The notes: generated by a model from the sequence alone, not told the origin. 57,790 bases of DNA from Gammaproteobacteria bacterium (GCA_024276955.1 JAJRWE010000181.1:1-57790); one strand, 5' to 3'. Positions 9,647 through 19,049 are shown, counted from the first letter of the stretch. Numbers and translations: made by a program.

Positions 9647-9914
9647 TCGGCAAGCTGGCTGGAGAGGCAGTGGAGTATGGCGAAATCAGAGGGTCAAGAA
9701 TGATACTCAAAAAAATAGCCCTAAAAAATCCCATCCGTGGAATCTTATTAGAGCCGAAGGCATAAATCAGAATATTTTGCCCTCTTAACGCGCGCTGCCA
9801 GTGGAGTGGCGAGCGATCGGCGCATCCCTGCGCCGTGATGGGCCCCTACTCTCTGAGAGAGAGGAAGAGTGGAATGAGTAGAGGCCGATCAACCTTTGCC
9901 GGTCAGGCAGTGGA

Positions 9915-10166
9915 TTAATTCCCGCTTTTTTCGTCCTTCGGCATGACCAGTTCAAACCTGGCAAATTCAACCTCGTCCAGCACGCCGTCTGTATTGAGGT
10001 CATAGGTGTCCCACTGTTCATTCAGCCCCGGCAGTGCGGCGGCTTCTTCCTTGCTGATGGAACCGCTTTGGTCGGTATCGGCTGTCTTGAAGGTGTCACC
10101 GGCAAAGGCCGTGCCGCTGGCCAGGGTGAAGGTGAAGAGTGCTGCAAATAGTAGTTTCTGATTCAT
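9915..10166 (-). CDS. Secreted EF-hand calcium-binding protein
   Basis: 83 aa. Signal peptide ..GTAFA, two canonical EF loops DTDQSGSISKEE and DLNTDGVLDEVE. RBS GAGGA. Confidence 0.85.
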   Translation of the reverse strand: MNQKLLFAALFTFTLASGTAFAGDTFKTADTDQSGSISKEEAAALPGLNEQWDTYDLNTDGVLDEVEFARFELVMPKDEKSGN

Positions 10167-10288
10167 GAAAGCTATCCTCTGTTAGGTCTTCGTTAGGCGT
10201 CCTTGGCAGACGTCCCTGTGTTAGCAATGCTGCTTGCGCTGAAGCTTGCCTCGATCCGATCTGTGGCATGCAACGACTACATGGCTAT

Positions 10289-10304
10289 TGCATGTCGCGT
10301 GCCA
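10289..10304 (-). promoter_or_regulatory. Sigma-54 (-24/-12) promoter
   Basis: Minus strand reads TGGCACGCGACATGCA, compared with consensus TGGCACG-N4-TTGCA. GG and GC are at exact spacing, with one mismatch. About 120 nt upstream of the EF-hand start codon. Confidence 0.8.
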
Positions 10305-10377
10305 AAATATTTAATTACTGCTTATTCAGGGAGTTAGATTATTTTGACGGGGTTTGGACGGGCTGTTGGTGGTGGTG

Positions 10378-10401
10378 CCTGTCGCCGTTTGGAGACAGGT
10401 G
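10378..10401. promoter_or_regulatory. Enhancer site 1, CCTGTCGC-N8-GACAGGTG (contains TGTC-N10-GACA)
   Basis: Read directly: CCTGTCGCcgtttggaGACAGGTG. About 85 bp upstream of the -24 element. Confidence 0.75.
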
Positions 10402-10444
10402 AAAACCCGGAGGGAGATAACTGATTGAAATACCGCTAGAATCA

Positions 10445-10468
10445 CCTGTCGCAAGATGGCGACAGGTG
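10445..10468. promoter_or_regulatory. Enhancer site 2, CCTGTCGC-N8-GACAGGTG (contains TGTC-N10-GACA)
   Basis: Read directly: (CA)CCTGTCGCaagatggcGACAGGTG. Both 8-bp arms are identical to site 1. The centres are 67 bp apart. Confidence 0.75.
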
Positions 10469-10538
10469 CCAATTTGGTGGGATAATCGGGGAGTTGATTG
10501 CTATAAATGGCCAGACGATAGGAGGACGCTAATCCGCG

Positions 10539-11147
10539 CTAACTCAGGGCAGTGAGCAATTTATTCAGCGCCTGGCCACGGTGGCTGAGGTGGTTTTTCA
10601 CCTCGGGAGACAGATCCGCTGCCGTGCAGTGCTCACCGGGAACGAAAAATACCGGATCGTAGCCGAAGCCGTTTTCGCCACTGGGCTGGCGCAGGATGCG
10701 GCCCTCCCAGGTTCCCTGGCAGATCAGCGGTGTGGGGTCTTCGGCGTGGGCCATGAAGACCATCAGGCATTGAAAGCGTGCTGTGCGCCCGGTCTCCGGC
10801 ACGCCTTTCAATGATTCCAGCAGTTTCTCGACATTGTCGACATCCGTGGCGTCCGGCCCGGCGAAGCGGGCGGAATAGATGCCGGGGCTACCGTTGAGGG
10901 CGTCCACCTCCAGTCCCGAGTCGTCGGCGATGGCGGGCAGGCCGGGGGCGCGGGCGGCGTGGCGGGCCTTGAGGATGGCAGTTTCGACAAAGCTGAGCCC
11001 GGTCTCCTCGGCGTCAGTCACGTTGAAGTCAGACTGCGGCAGGGCCTGTATGCCCAGACCACGGAGGATGTGGTTGATCTCGCGCAGCTTGCCGCGGTTG
11101 CCGCTGGCTAATACGACTTTCTCGGGCAGGGTCTTGCCGGTGCTCAT
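10539..11147 (-). CDS. rdgB: dITP/XTP pyrophosphatase (Ham1/RdgB)
   Basis: [13 protein letters not shown].. and FGYDPVF motifs. Start trimmed to ATG 11147, which has an AAGGA RBS (the ORF track extends to 11201). Confidence 0.9.
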   Translation of the reverse strand: MSTGKTLPEKVVLASGNRGKLREINHILRGLGIQALPQSDFNVTDAEETGLSFVETAILKARHAARAPGLPAIADDSGLEVDALNGSPGIYSARFAGPDATDVDNVEKLLESLKGVPETGRTARFQCLMVFMAHAEDPTPLICQGTWEGRILRQPSGENGFGYDPVFFVPGEHCTAADLSPEVKNHLSHRGQALNKLLTALS

Positions 11148-11179
11148 TTTTCGTCCTTCTATTGTTGGGGGGTGTGTTT

Positions 11180-11336
11180 GCCACAGAGGCGCGGAGGACA
11201 CAGAGAAACAGCGATTAAAAATATAACCGCAAAGGCCGCAAAGGGACGCGAAGGCAAAAACATAAAAACTTTGCGCTCCTTCGCGGCCTTTGCGGTGAAA
11301 CCTGATTTTTCTCTGTGCTCTCCGGGCCTCTGTGGC
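11180..11336. repeat. 157-bp foldback element between rdgB and rph
   Basis: Outer arms GCCACAGAGGCGCGGAGGACACAGAGAAA (11180-11208) / TTTCTCTGTGCTCTCCGGGCCTCTGTGGC (11308-11336). Inner arms CCGCAAAGGCCGC.. (11227-) / ..GCGGCCTTTGCGG (-11295). Confidence 0.8.
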
Positions 11337-11345
11337 GCATTTACC

Positions 11346-12065
11346 CTACGACTGGCTCAGCACCTCACGCTGATGCTCGATCAGCTCGGCGATGCCGGAC
11401 TTGGCCAGCCCCAGCATGGCGTCCAGTTCATCCTGACGGAAGGCGTGGCCTTCGGCAGTGCCCTGCACCTCGATGAAGGCGCCGGCATCGTTCATTACTA
11501 CGTTCATGTCGGTTTCGGCGTTCGAGTCCTCGTCGTAGTCCAGATCCAGCACCGGGGTGCCGTTGAAGATGCCCACGGATACCGAGGCCACCTGACCGAT
11601 GATGGGGTTTTTTTTCACCTTGCCTTGATCCACCAGCCATTGCATGGCGTCGGCAAGGGCGACAAAGCCACCGGTGATCGAGGCGGTGCGGGTACCGCCG
11701 TCGGCCTGGATGACGTCGCAGTCGACGGTGATGTTGCGTTCGCCCAGGGCCTCCAGGTTGACCACTGCACGCAGCGAACGGGCGATCAGGCGCTGGATCT
11801 CCATGGTGCGCCCGCCCTGCTTGCCGCGTGCTGCCTCGCGGCCCATGCGGCTGCCGGTGGAGCGCGGCAGCATGCCGTATTCGGCCGTCACCCAGCCGCG
11901 GCCCTGGCCCTTGAGCCAGCGTGGGATGCGATCCTCGACGGTGGCGGTGCACAGCACCTTGGTGTCACCGAATTCTACCAGCACCGAGCCTTCGGCGTGT
12001 TTGGTGTAGTTACGGGTGAATTTGATGTCGCGCAATTGCTCGGCTGAGCGGCCGCTGGGTCGCAT
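11346..12065 (-). CDS. rph: Ribonuclease PH
   Basis: 239 aa; [25 protein letters not shown].. is typical RNase PH. Confidence 0.97.
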   Translation of the reverse strand: MRPSGRSAEQLRDIKFTRNYTKHAEGSVLVEFGDTKVLCTATVEDRIPRWLKGQGRGWVTAEYGMLPRSTGSRMGREAARGKQGGRTMEIQRLIARSLRAVVNLEALGERNITVDCDVIQADGGTRTASITGGFVALADAMQWLVDQGKVKKNPIIGQVASVSVGIFNGTPVLDLDYDEDSNAETDMNVVMNDAGAFIEVQGTAEGHAFRQDELDAMLGLAKSGIAELIEHQREVLSQS

Positions 12066-12273
12066 GGTGTGTCCTTGATCTGTGTGAATCGTTGTGGACG
12101 CGCATTATACCTGCGCGGCAGAGTGGGAGGCCAGCCGAGAGTCCGGAAGGGGCTGGACGCAGGGTTGGAATTCTGTTCTAATGCGCGGCTCTCGCGTTTT
12201 GTGGGCTTATTGTCGTCCCCGGCGTGCTGTAATAAGTAAACTGTAAAAAACAACGAATTCAGAGACTGAAGTC

Positions 12274-12510
12274 ATGGCTAAAGTATGTCAGGTCACCGGT
12301 AAGCGTCCCATCACCGGCAACAACGTTTCCCACGCTAACAACAAGAGCCGGCGCCGTTTTCTGCCGAATCTGCACTCCCACCGTTTCTGGGTTGAGAGCG
12401 AAAACCGTTTTGTCCGCCTGCGTGTTTCTGCCAACGGTATGCGCACTATCGACAAGAAGGGTATCGACGTTGTGCTGAGCGAAATGCGCAGCCGCGGCGA
12501 AAAGGTATAA
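12274..12510 (+). CDS. rpmB: 50S ribosomal protein L28
   Basis: 78 aa, [33 protein letters not shown]. Confidence 0.97.
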   Translation: MAKVCQVTGKRPITGNNVSHANNKSRRRFLPNLHSHRFWVESENRFVRLRVSANGMRTIDKKGIDVVLSEMRSRGEKV

Positions 12511-12546
12511 AGCGCCCACAGCGGTCCCTAAAGGAGAAAAGAAATC

Positions 12547-12702
12547 ATGCGTGACAAAATCAGACTCGTTTCCAGCGCCGGTACCGGTCATTTCTACACC
12601 ACCGACAAGAACAAGCGCAACATGCCGGAAAAAATGGAGATCAAGAAATTTGATCCTGTTGTCCGCAAGCATGTGATGTACAAGGAAGCAAAGATCAAGT
12701 GA
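12547..12702 (+). CDS. rpmG: 50S ribosomal protein L33
   Basis: 51 aa read by hand: [61 protein letters not shown]. Below the ORF-track cut-off. Confidence 0.95.
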   Translation: MRDKIRLVSSAGTGHFYTTDKNKRNMPEKMEIKKFDPVVRKHVMYKEAKIK

Positions 12703-12723
12703 GGGTGTTGAATCCCTGATAAG

Positions 12724-12750
12724 AGCCCGGTGTTTACCGGGCTTTTTTTT
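12724..12750 (+). terminator. Rho-independent terminator after rpmG
   Basis: AGCCCGG-tgttta-CCGGGCT followed by T8. Confidence 0.85.
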
Positions 12751-12835
12751 GCCCGGCTTTCTGGCATCATTGCCGCCTTGTATACGCCTGGGCTGATTGC
12801 ACAGCTGTATTCGTAAAATTTAGAGGAGTCTCTCC

Positions 12836-13414
12836 GTGTTATTACGCAAATTGTTTGTTGTCGCCTTTTTATTCTCCGCCGGTAGTAGCCTGGTCATGGC
12901 ACAGGGTCTGGATATGAATCTTGGCGACAAGAGTGCCAGCTTTCGCTACAACGCCTTCGTGGGTGGCTCGACCTTCGGCCGCACCGAGCTTAATTTTGGC
13001 GTTCTCTATAATGAAGACAAGAACCGCTATGCCGATGTCGGCCTGCTGGTGGTGGACACGGCCGGCAGCAAGGCCCCCGGCCTGGAGGTCGGTATCGGCC
13101 CCAAGGTCATGTTCATGTGGGAAGATGAGCGGGACGCCAAAGGCGCGGCGATTGCCCTGGGTGGACGCCTGAGTTTCAAGCCACAGAAGATGAAGCGCCT
13201 GCGCCTGGGGCTGGAGGGTTATTTCGCACCCAGCATCACCTCGTTCCAGGATATCGACAATGCCTACGCGCTGGAGGGGCGGATAGGCTATGAGATCCTG
13301 CCGACGGCCACGGCCTACGTCGGTTACCGCCGTATCCAGGCCTCGTTCAACAAGGGCCAGGGTACGCACGCCATTGATCAGGGCGCCTTCCTGGGCATCC
13401 AGCTCTTCTTCTGA
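12836..13414 (+). CDS. Small outer-membrane beta-barrel protein (YfaZ-like)
   Basis: 192 aa. Signal peptide, alternating beta-strand pattern, C-terminal ..GIQLFF. GTG start. Confidence 0.6.
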   Translation: MLLRKLFVVAFLFSAGSSLVMAQGLDMNLGDKSASFRYNAFVGGSTFGRTELNFGVLYNEDKNRYADVGLLVVDTAGSKAPGLEVGIGPKVMFMWEDERDAKGAAIALGGRLSFKPQKMKRLRLGLEGYFAPSITSFQDIDNAYALEGRIGYEILPTATAYVGYRRIQASFNKGQGTHAIDQGAFLGIQLFF

Positions 13415-13586
13415 TTTAAACCTGAATCCGTGACTTCATGACGGCGCATAACACAAGCTCTTGATTCCACAGCGGTTCAAAAAATGCCCGTTTAACCGAT
13501 GGGTGAAGCTAAGATTTTTTGATTCCACTGTGAAATCAATATCTTGCACTCTGCATCCGCCCTGAAGCCACGGATTCAGGTTAAAT
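13414..13586. repeat. 173-bp foldback filling the whole convergent intergenic gap
   Basis: Arms ATTTAAACCTGAATCCGTGACTTCA (13414-13438) / TGAAGCCACGGATTCAGGTTAAAT (13563-13586). Internal 10-bp direct repeat TTGATTCCAC (13461, 13519). Both flanking stop codons touch the arms. Confidence 0.8.
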
Positions 13587-14291
13587 CCTCCCTGCGCGGG
13601 CGCAGACCCAGATATCAATCTGGGTAGCGCCTGCGTCACGTAGGGTGCGCGCCAGTTCCTGCACCGTGCTGCCGGTCGTCATCACGTCATCGATGATCGC
13701 GATACGGCCTCCCAGCTTCTTTTCCACCGCAAAGGCTCCCTTGAGATTGCTGTGCCGCTGTCTGGCGGACAGCTCGGCCTGCGGTGGGGTATTACGCAGA
13801 CGCCGGCAGCTGTGGGTGTCGAGGGGTAGCTTCAGCCGCTGGCTGATAGGGTGCGCCAGCTCCAGTGACTGGTTGAAGCCGCGTTCACGCAAGCGGGCCG
13901 GATGCAGGGGGACGGGCAAAATACGGTCGGGCAGACCGTCCGTGGGATCCTCCAGCCACCGGGCCATCAGCCTGCCGAGGGTGCGAGCCAGCGCCAGTCG
14001 GCGGTTGAACTTGAGATCCTGCAACAGGTGGTCCAGCGGCGCATGATAGGCAAAGGGCGCCAGGCAGTGCTCGAAGGCCGGGGGTTCGGTCTGACAGTGC
14101 CCACAGTGCCTGCCGCGGTGGTGCGCGACTGGCAGTGGGATGGCGCAACGCTCACAGGCGACCTTGATGACGGGCAGGTCGAGACGGCAGGCGCGGCACA
14201 GATCCAGCCCGGCATCGCCCCGGTCACCGCACAGCACGCACACCGGCGCCAGCAGAATGTGCTGACTAATATTTGACCATTGGTCAATCAA
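13581..14291 (-). CDS. comF: ComF family phosphoribosyltransferase-like protein
   Basis: 236 aa. N-terminal Cys-rich finger, PRT motif IAIIDDVMTTGST. Confidence 0.85.
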   Translation of the reverse strand: MIDQWSNISQHILLAPVCVLCGDRGDAGLDLCRACRLDLPVIKVACERCAIPLPVAHHRGRHCGHCQTEPPAFEHCLAPFAYHAPLDHLLQDLKFNRRLALARTLGRLMARWLEDPTDGLPDRILPVPLHPARLRERGFNQSLELAHPISQRLKLPLDTHSCRRLRNTPPQAELSARQRHSNLKGAFAVEKKLGGRIAIIDDVMTTGSTVQELARTLRDAGATQIDIWVCARAGRI

Positions 14292-14347
14292 TTCATCCTT
14301 CCCTGGTTGACAGCTTCCCTGTGCACGCTAAGATGCAGCACATTCTC

Positions 14348-14381
14348 AGTGGTCCATACAAGCTTGTATGGGTGGACCACT
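14348..14381. promoter_or_regulatory. Palindrome in the comF/bioB divergent promoter region
   Basis: Perfect 18-bp CCATACAAGCTTGTATGG (14354-14371), flanked by AGTGGTCCA / TGGACCACT. Function unknown; candidate operator. Confidence 0.35.
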
Positions 14382-14416
14382 AGTACACCGTTAAGGCTAT
14401 TTTGTCGGTGTACTAG
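14380..14416. repeat. Solo hairpin related to the arms of the 9382-9646 foldback
   Basis: CTAGTACACCG-TTAAGGCTATTTTGT-CGGTGTACTAG. Shares GTACA.CGT.AAGGCTATTTTG.CGG and the terminal GTGTAC with the foldback arms. Confidence 0.75.
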
Positions 14417-14456
14417 TACCCCTTAAGTTTACTGCCCGATCCAAAGGAGTCCCCAT

Positions 14457-15482
14457 ATGGACAACGAAACCTACCGCCGTATCGACACCTTCACCCAGCG
14501 TATTCTCGGCGGTGGCGACATCAGTGCCGACGAAGGCCGCTGGCTGCTGGGGCTGGACCATGATTATCTGCCCTGGCTGATGGCGGGGGCCGATCGCATC
14601 CGCAAGACTTACCGTGGTAACGAGATCGAAGTCTGCGGAATCTCCAATGTACGCTCGGGAAACTGCTCCGAAAACTGCTCGTTCTGCTCGCAAAGTGCGC
14701 ATCATAAGACCTCGGCACCGGCCTATGACTACATCTCCAGCGAGGAGCTGGTGTCGCAGGCCCAGCGTGCCCGTGACTGGGGCGTGAGCGACTTTGGTGT
14801 GGTCTCCAAGGGCTGGGGTATCCGTTCGGACAAGGAGCGCAAGCAGCTGGGCGAATACTTTTCCGCCATGGACACACACTCGGACGTGGGCCGCTGCGCC
14901 AGCCTGGGTGTACTGACGCCCGATACCGCCGCCGAACTGAAGGCCATGGGGCTGGAAAATTATCACCACAATATCGAGACCGCCGAGAGCTTCTTCGACG
15001 AGGTCTGCACCACCCACACCTACCAGGAAAACATCGACACCATCCGCCACGCCCGCGATGCCGGTCTGCGTGTCTGCGCCGGTGGCATCCTCGGCATGGG
15101 CGAGAGCCTGGACCAGCGCGTCGAACTGGCCATGCAACTGCGCGATCTGGGCGTCGATTCCGTGCCCATGAACTTCCTCAACCCCGCGGATGGCACCCCC
15201 ATGGCCAACCTCGCCACCATGGAGCCCTTCGAGATCCTGCAGAGCATCGCCGTGTTCCGTTATCTGCTACCGCGCGCCGAGATCCGCATCGCCGGCGGCC
15301 GCCATTTCCTCGGCGACATGCAGTCGATGATCTTCATGGCCGGCGCATCGGCGGTGATGATCGGCGACTACCTGACCACCCACGGCCGTAGTGCCAATGA
15401 TGATCTGAAGATGTTCGACGACCTCAAGCTGAGCATCCGTGGCGATACCCAGCGCCGCCGCGCGGCCGAGACTGAAGCCTGA
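14457..15482 (+). CDS. bioB: Biotin synthase
   Basis: 341 aa. Radical-SAM CSENCSFC, typical BioB length and context. Confidence 0.97.
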   Translation: MDNETYRRIDTFTQRILGGGDISADEGRWLLGLDHDYLPWLMAGADRIRKTYRGNEIEVCGISNVRSGNCSENCSFCSQSAHHKTSAPAYDYISSEELVSQAQRARDWGVSDFGVVSKGWGIRSDKERKQLGEYFSAMDTHSDVGRCASLGVLTPDTAAELKAMGLENYHHNIETAESFFDEVCTTHTYQENIDTIRHARDAGLRVCAGGILGMGESLDQRVELAMQLRDLGVDSVPMNFLNPADGTPMANLATMEPFEILQSIAVFRYLLPRAEIRIAGGRHFLGDMQSMIFMAGASAVMIGDYLTTHGRSANDDLKMFDDLKLSIRGDTQRRRAAETEA

Positions 15483-15493
15483 TCCAGACCGCT

Positions 15494-16648
15494 ATGGAGG
15501 CCGAGCTCACAGCCGTGCTGGCCGAACGCCGGGCGCAGGCGCTGTACCGCACGCGGCGGGTGGTGGACGGGCCGCAGGCCCCGCAACAGGTCATCGACGG
15601 CCGTCCGGTGCTGAGCTTCTGCAGCAACGACTACCTGGGTCTGGCCAACCATCCCGAGGTGATCGCCGCCCTGCAACGTGGCGCCGATGACTATGGCGTC
15701 GGTGCCGGCGCGGCGCACCTGATCAATGGCCATGCGCGCGCCCACCATGCCCTCGAGGAAGAGCTGGCCGAATTCACCGGCCGTGAACGTGCCCTGCTGT
15801 TTTCCACCGGCTATATGGCCAACCTCGGCGTCATCACCGCCCTGCTGGGTAAGGCCGACGCCGTGTTCGAAGACCGCCTCAATCACGCCTCGCTGATCGA
15901 CGCGGGACTGCTGTCCGGCGCGCGCCTGCGGCGCTATCTGCATGCCGATCCTTCATCGTTAGACGGAGGGTTAGACAAACACCCGCAGGGTCGCCGCCTG
16001 ATCGTTACCGACGGTGTTTTCAGTATGGATGGCGATCTGGCACCCCTGCCCGCACTGGCGGCATCGGCGGCACGCAACAAGGCCTGGCTGATGGTGGACG
16101 ATGCCCATGGGCTGGGCGTACTGGGCCGCCAGGGCCGCGGCACACTGGACCATTACGGCATGGATGCCCGGGAGGTGCCGGTACTGATGGGCACCCTCGG
16201 CAAGGCCTTCGGCACCAGCGGCGCCTTTGTCGCCGGTAGCGAGGCCCTGATTGAAACCCTGATCCAGCAGGCGCGCAGTTATATCTACACCACCGCCCTG
16301 CCCCCGGCGCTGGCCGAGGCCACCCGCACCAGCCTGCGGCTGCTGCAAAGCGGCGACGAACGGCGTGAGTGCCTGGCAGCCCTGATCCGGCGCTTTCGCA
16401 ACGGTGCCAAGCAGCTGGGCCTGGAGCTGATGGCCTCGGAGACGCCCATCCAGCCCATCGTCGTCGGCGAGGCGGCGCGGGCGGTGGCGATCAGTGAGGC
16501 GCTGTTGCAACACGGCATTCTCGTCACCGCCATCCGCCCGCCGACGGTGCCCGCCGGCAGCGCACGGCTACGCGTCACCCTGTCGGCGGCGCACAGCGAG
16601 GCGCAGGTCGACCGGCTGCTCGATGCGCTCGGCGAAGTGGCCACATGA
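15494..16648 (+). CDS. bioF: 8-amino-7-oxononanoate synthase
   Basis: 384 aa. Class II aminotransferase with FSMDGD and GTLGKAFG (PLP Lys). Confidence 0.95.
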   Translation: MEAELTAVLAERRAQALYRTRRVVDGPQAPQQVIDGRPVLSFCSNDYLGLANHPEVIAALQRGADDYGVGAGAAHLINGHARAHHALEEELAEFTGRERALLFSTGYMANLGVITALLGKADAVFEDRLNHASLIDAGLLSGARLRRYLHADPSSLDGGLDKHPQGRRLIVTDGVFSMDGDLAPLPALAASAARNKAWLMVDDAHGLGVLGRQGRGTLDHYGMDAREVPVLMGTLGKAFGTSGAFVAGSEALIETLIQQARSYIYTTALPPALAEATRTSLRLLQSGDERRECLAALIRRFRNGAKQLGLELMASETPIQPIVVGEAARAVAISEALLQHGILVTAIRPPTVPAGSARLRVTLSAAHSEAQVDRLLDALGEVAT

Positions 16649-17427
16649 ACGCCACGCGGCTGTTTTGCAAAATACAGGGTGCTGGTTCCGAGCTGGTGCT
16701 GCTGCACGGCTGGGGCATGAATGCCGATGTCTGGGATGGTGTCGCACCGCTGCTGGCAAAGAACCACCGTGTTACGACGGTGGACCTGCCGGGCCACGGT
16801 CGCAGTGGCGATGCGGGTGGCGACTATTCGCTATCCACGCAGGCGCAAAAGGTGGCGGAGATCCTGCCGCCAGACGCCACCCTCGTCGGTTGGTCGCTGG
16901 GCGGTCTGCTGGCCCTCCAGTTGGCGTTAGATTTCCCGCAGCGAATCAAGGCGCTGGTGCTGGTGGCCAGCAGTCCCCGCTTCGTGCAGGCCGATGACTG
17001 GCCCGATGCCATCCAGGCCGAGGTATTGCAGGGATTTGCCGGCGAGTTGCAGACGGATTTCAAAAAGACCATCAATCGCTTTCTGGCAATCCAGGCACTG
17101 GGCAGTGAACATGCGCGCGAGGAACTGCGCCTGCTGCGTGAACGGGTATTTGTCCACGGAGAGCCGGAGCAAAAGGCGCTGGCCAGCGGGCTGAAGATTC
17201 TCATGACGACCGATTTTCGTCAGCGCCTGCCACAGCTACAGTGCCCGACACTGCTGATAAGCGGTGAACGCGACACGCTGTTTCCCGTACAGGCGGCGCG
17301 GCGCACACAGGCCCTGATTGCCAATGCGAGACTGAGTGTTGTCCGGGGCGCGGGCCATGCGCCGTTTCTCTCGCACCCTGAAGACTTTGTCAGCGCCTTG
17401 CAGGAATTTCTGGATAACGATAAATAG
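16645..17427 (+). CDS. bioH: Pimeloyl-ACP methyl ester carboxylesterase
   Basis: 260 aa. Alpha/beta hydrolase with nucleophile elbow GWSLGG. Lies between bioF and bioC. ATGA overlap with bioF. Confidence 0.85.
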   Translation: MNATRLFCKIQGAGSELVLLHGWGMNADVWDGVAPLLAKNHRVTTVDLPGHGRSGDAGGDYSLSTQAQKVAEILPPDATLVGWSLGGLLALQLALDFPQRIKALVLVASSPRFVQADDWPDAIQAEVLQGFAGELQTDFKKTINRFLAIQALGSEHAREELRLLRERVFVHGEPEQKALASGLKILMTTDFRQRLPQLQCPTLLISGERDTLFPVQAARRTQALIANARLSVVRGAGHAPFLSHPEDFVSALQEFLDNDK

Positions 17428-18263
17428 TGAATAGTCGAACCTTATTGCACAAGCGCAGCCTGCGTGATGCCTTTGGCCGCGCCGCGGAACACTACGATGA
17501 CGTGGCCGTGCTACAGCGCGAAGTGGGCGAGCGCATCATGGAGCGCCTGCAACTGGTGCGGGTTTCGCCGCAGACCATTCTCGACGTGGGCGCGGGCACC
17601 GGCGTGTTCAGCCAGGCGCTGAGCCGGCGTTACAAAAAAGCACGCGTAGTGGCGCTGGATATTGCCCCGCGCATGCTGACGCAGGCGCGCAAGCGCAAGG
17701 GTTGGTTTAGCCGCCAGGGCTTTGTCTGTGGCGATGCCGACAGCCTGCCCATTGCCCCCGCCAGCATTGACCTGATTTTTTCCAATTTCACTCTACAGTG
17801 GTGTGGCGAACTGGATCAGGCCTTTGCAGAATTTCGCCGGGTGCTGAAACCGGGCGGCCTGCTGATGTTTTCCACCCTCGGGCCGGACACGTTGAAGGAA
17901 CTGCGGCAAAGCTGGCAGGCCGTGGATGGACGGCCGCATGTGCACGACTTCATCGATATGCACGATGTGGGGGATGCCCTGTTGCGTGCAGGCCTGAGTG
18001 ACCCGGTGATGGATGTAGAGAATTTCACCCTCGCCTATACTGACGCCATGCAGCTAATGCGTGAACTGAAGATCATTGGCGCGCACAATGCCGCCATCGA
18101 CCGCCCGCAGGGACTGACGGGAAAAGGCAGCCTTAAAAAAATGCTCTCCGCTTACGAAGACTTGCGCCGTGATGGTGTATTACCGGCCACCTATGAAGTG
18201 GTCTACGGCCACGCCTGGGGGCCGCTGGTGGCGGACAACGAAATCCGGGTGTCGTTTCCCTGA
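17427..18263 (+). CDS. bioC: Malonyl-ACP O-methyltransferase
   Basis: 278 aa. SAM motif ILDVGAGTG. GTG start overlapping the bioH stop. Confidence 0.85.
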   Translation: MNSRTLLHKRSLRDAFGRAAEHYDDVAVLQREVGERIMERLQLVRVSPQTILDVGAGTGVFSQALSRRYKKARVVALDIAPRMLTQARKRKGWFSRQGFVCGDADSLPIAPASIDLIFSNFTLQWCGELDQAFAEFRRVLKPGGLLMFSTLGPDTLKELRQSWQAVDGRPHVHDFIDMHDVGDALLRAGLSDPVMDVENFTLAYTDAMQLMRELKIIGAHNAAIDRPQGLTGKGSLKKMLSAYEDLRRDGVLPATYEVVYGHAWGPLVADNEIRVSFP

Positions 18264-18958
18264 TGGCCGGTATCTTCGTCACCGGCACCGATACCGATGT
18301 CGGCAAGACGCACATTGCGCTGGGCCTGATGGCGGCGCTACAGCAGCGGGGCCTGCGCGTTGCCGCCATGAAGCCGGTGTCGGCGGGCTGCGAGGTGGGC
18401 GGCAGCGAGACCGATCGCGGCCTGCGCAATGACGACGCCCTGCAGCTGTCGGCGCAGTCGTCGGTTTCCATCCCCTATCAGACGCTGAACCCCTACGCCT
18501 TCGAGCCCGCCATTGCCCCGCATATCGCCGCGCAGGCGGTGGGCGTGATCATGCAGCTGGACGTTCTGACTCGCGCCTGCGCGGAGATCGAAGGCCAGGC
18601 CGACGTGGTGGTGGTCGAAGGCGCTGGTGGTTGGCTGGTGCCGGTCAATGCGCGGGAGACACTGGCGGATCTGGCCGTGGCGCTGGGATTTCCGGTGGTG
18701 CTGGTGGTGGGGGTGCGTCTGGGCTGTCTCAACCATGCCCTGCTGAGTGCCGAGAGCATTCGTGCCCGCGGCCTGACGCTGGCGGGCTGGGTGGCCAATG
18801 AGATATCGACGCAGGCCGTTTGTGTCGAGGAAAATATCACCGCCCTGTCGCAGCGTCTGCAGGCGCCGCTGTTGGGGCGCGTACCCTACGACAGACGGGC
18901 CGGGGCCGAGCGCACGGCCGTCCGCCTGGATGTTGTGCCACTGCTCGCCGCGAAATAA
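18263..18958 (+). CDS. bioD: Dethiobiotin synthetase
   Basis: 231 aa. P-loop GTDTDVGKT. Start overlaps the bioC stop by 1 nt. Confidence 0.95.
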   Translation: MAGIFVTGTDTDVGKTHIALGLMAALQQRGLRVAAMKPVSAGCEVGGSETDRGLRNDDALQLSAQSSVSIPYQTLNPYAFEPAIAPHIAAQAVGVIMQLDVLTRACAEIEGQADVVVVEGAGGWLVPVNARETLADLAVALGFPVVLVVGVRLGCLNHALLSAESIRARGLTLAGWVANEISTQAVCVEENITALSQRLQAPLLGRVPYDRRAGAERTAVRLDVVPLLAAK

Positions 18959-18978
18959 TTTTATTGCCCTGAACAATG

Positions 18979-19049
18979 GTAGGAGCGGACCCCCGGGTCC
19001 GCGATGGTTTTCCCACCCTTGGCATCGCGGCCCAAGGGTCTGCTCCTAC
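18979..19049. repeat. REP-like palindromic doublet (GTAGGAGC family), copy 1
   Basis: GTAGGAGCGGACCCCCGGGTCCGCGATGG..CATCGCGGCCCAAGGGTCTGCTCCTAC, located 3' of bioD. Confidence 0.85.

Noticed and set aside
9379-9703. 82-aa and 100-aa ORFs inside the 265-bp foldback.
   Set aside because: They are mirror images produced by the palindromic structure itself, with no RBS and no motifs.
12762-12776. TGGCATCATTGCCGC upstream of the yfaZ-like gene as a second sigma-54 promoter.
   Set aside because: GG/GC spacing is right, but the -12 region is CCGC instead of TTGC and no enhancer-like repeats are nearby. Too weak to call.
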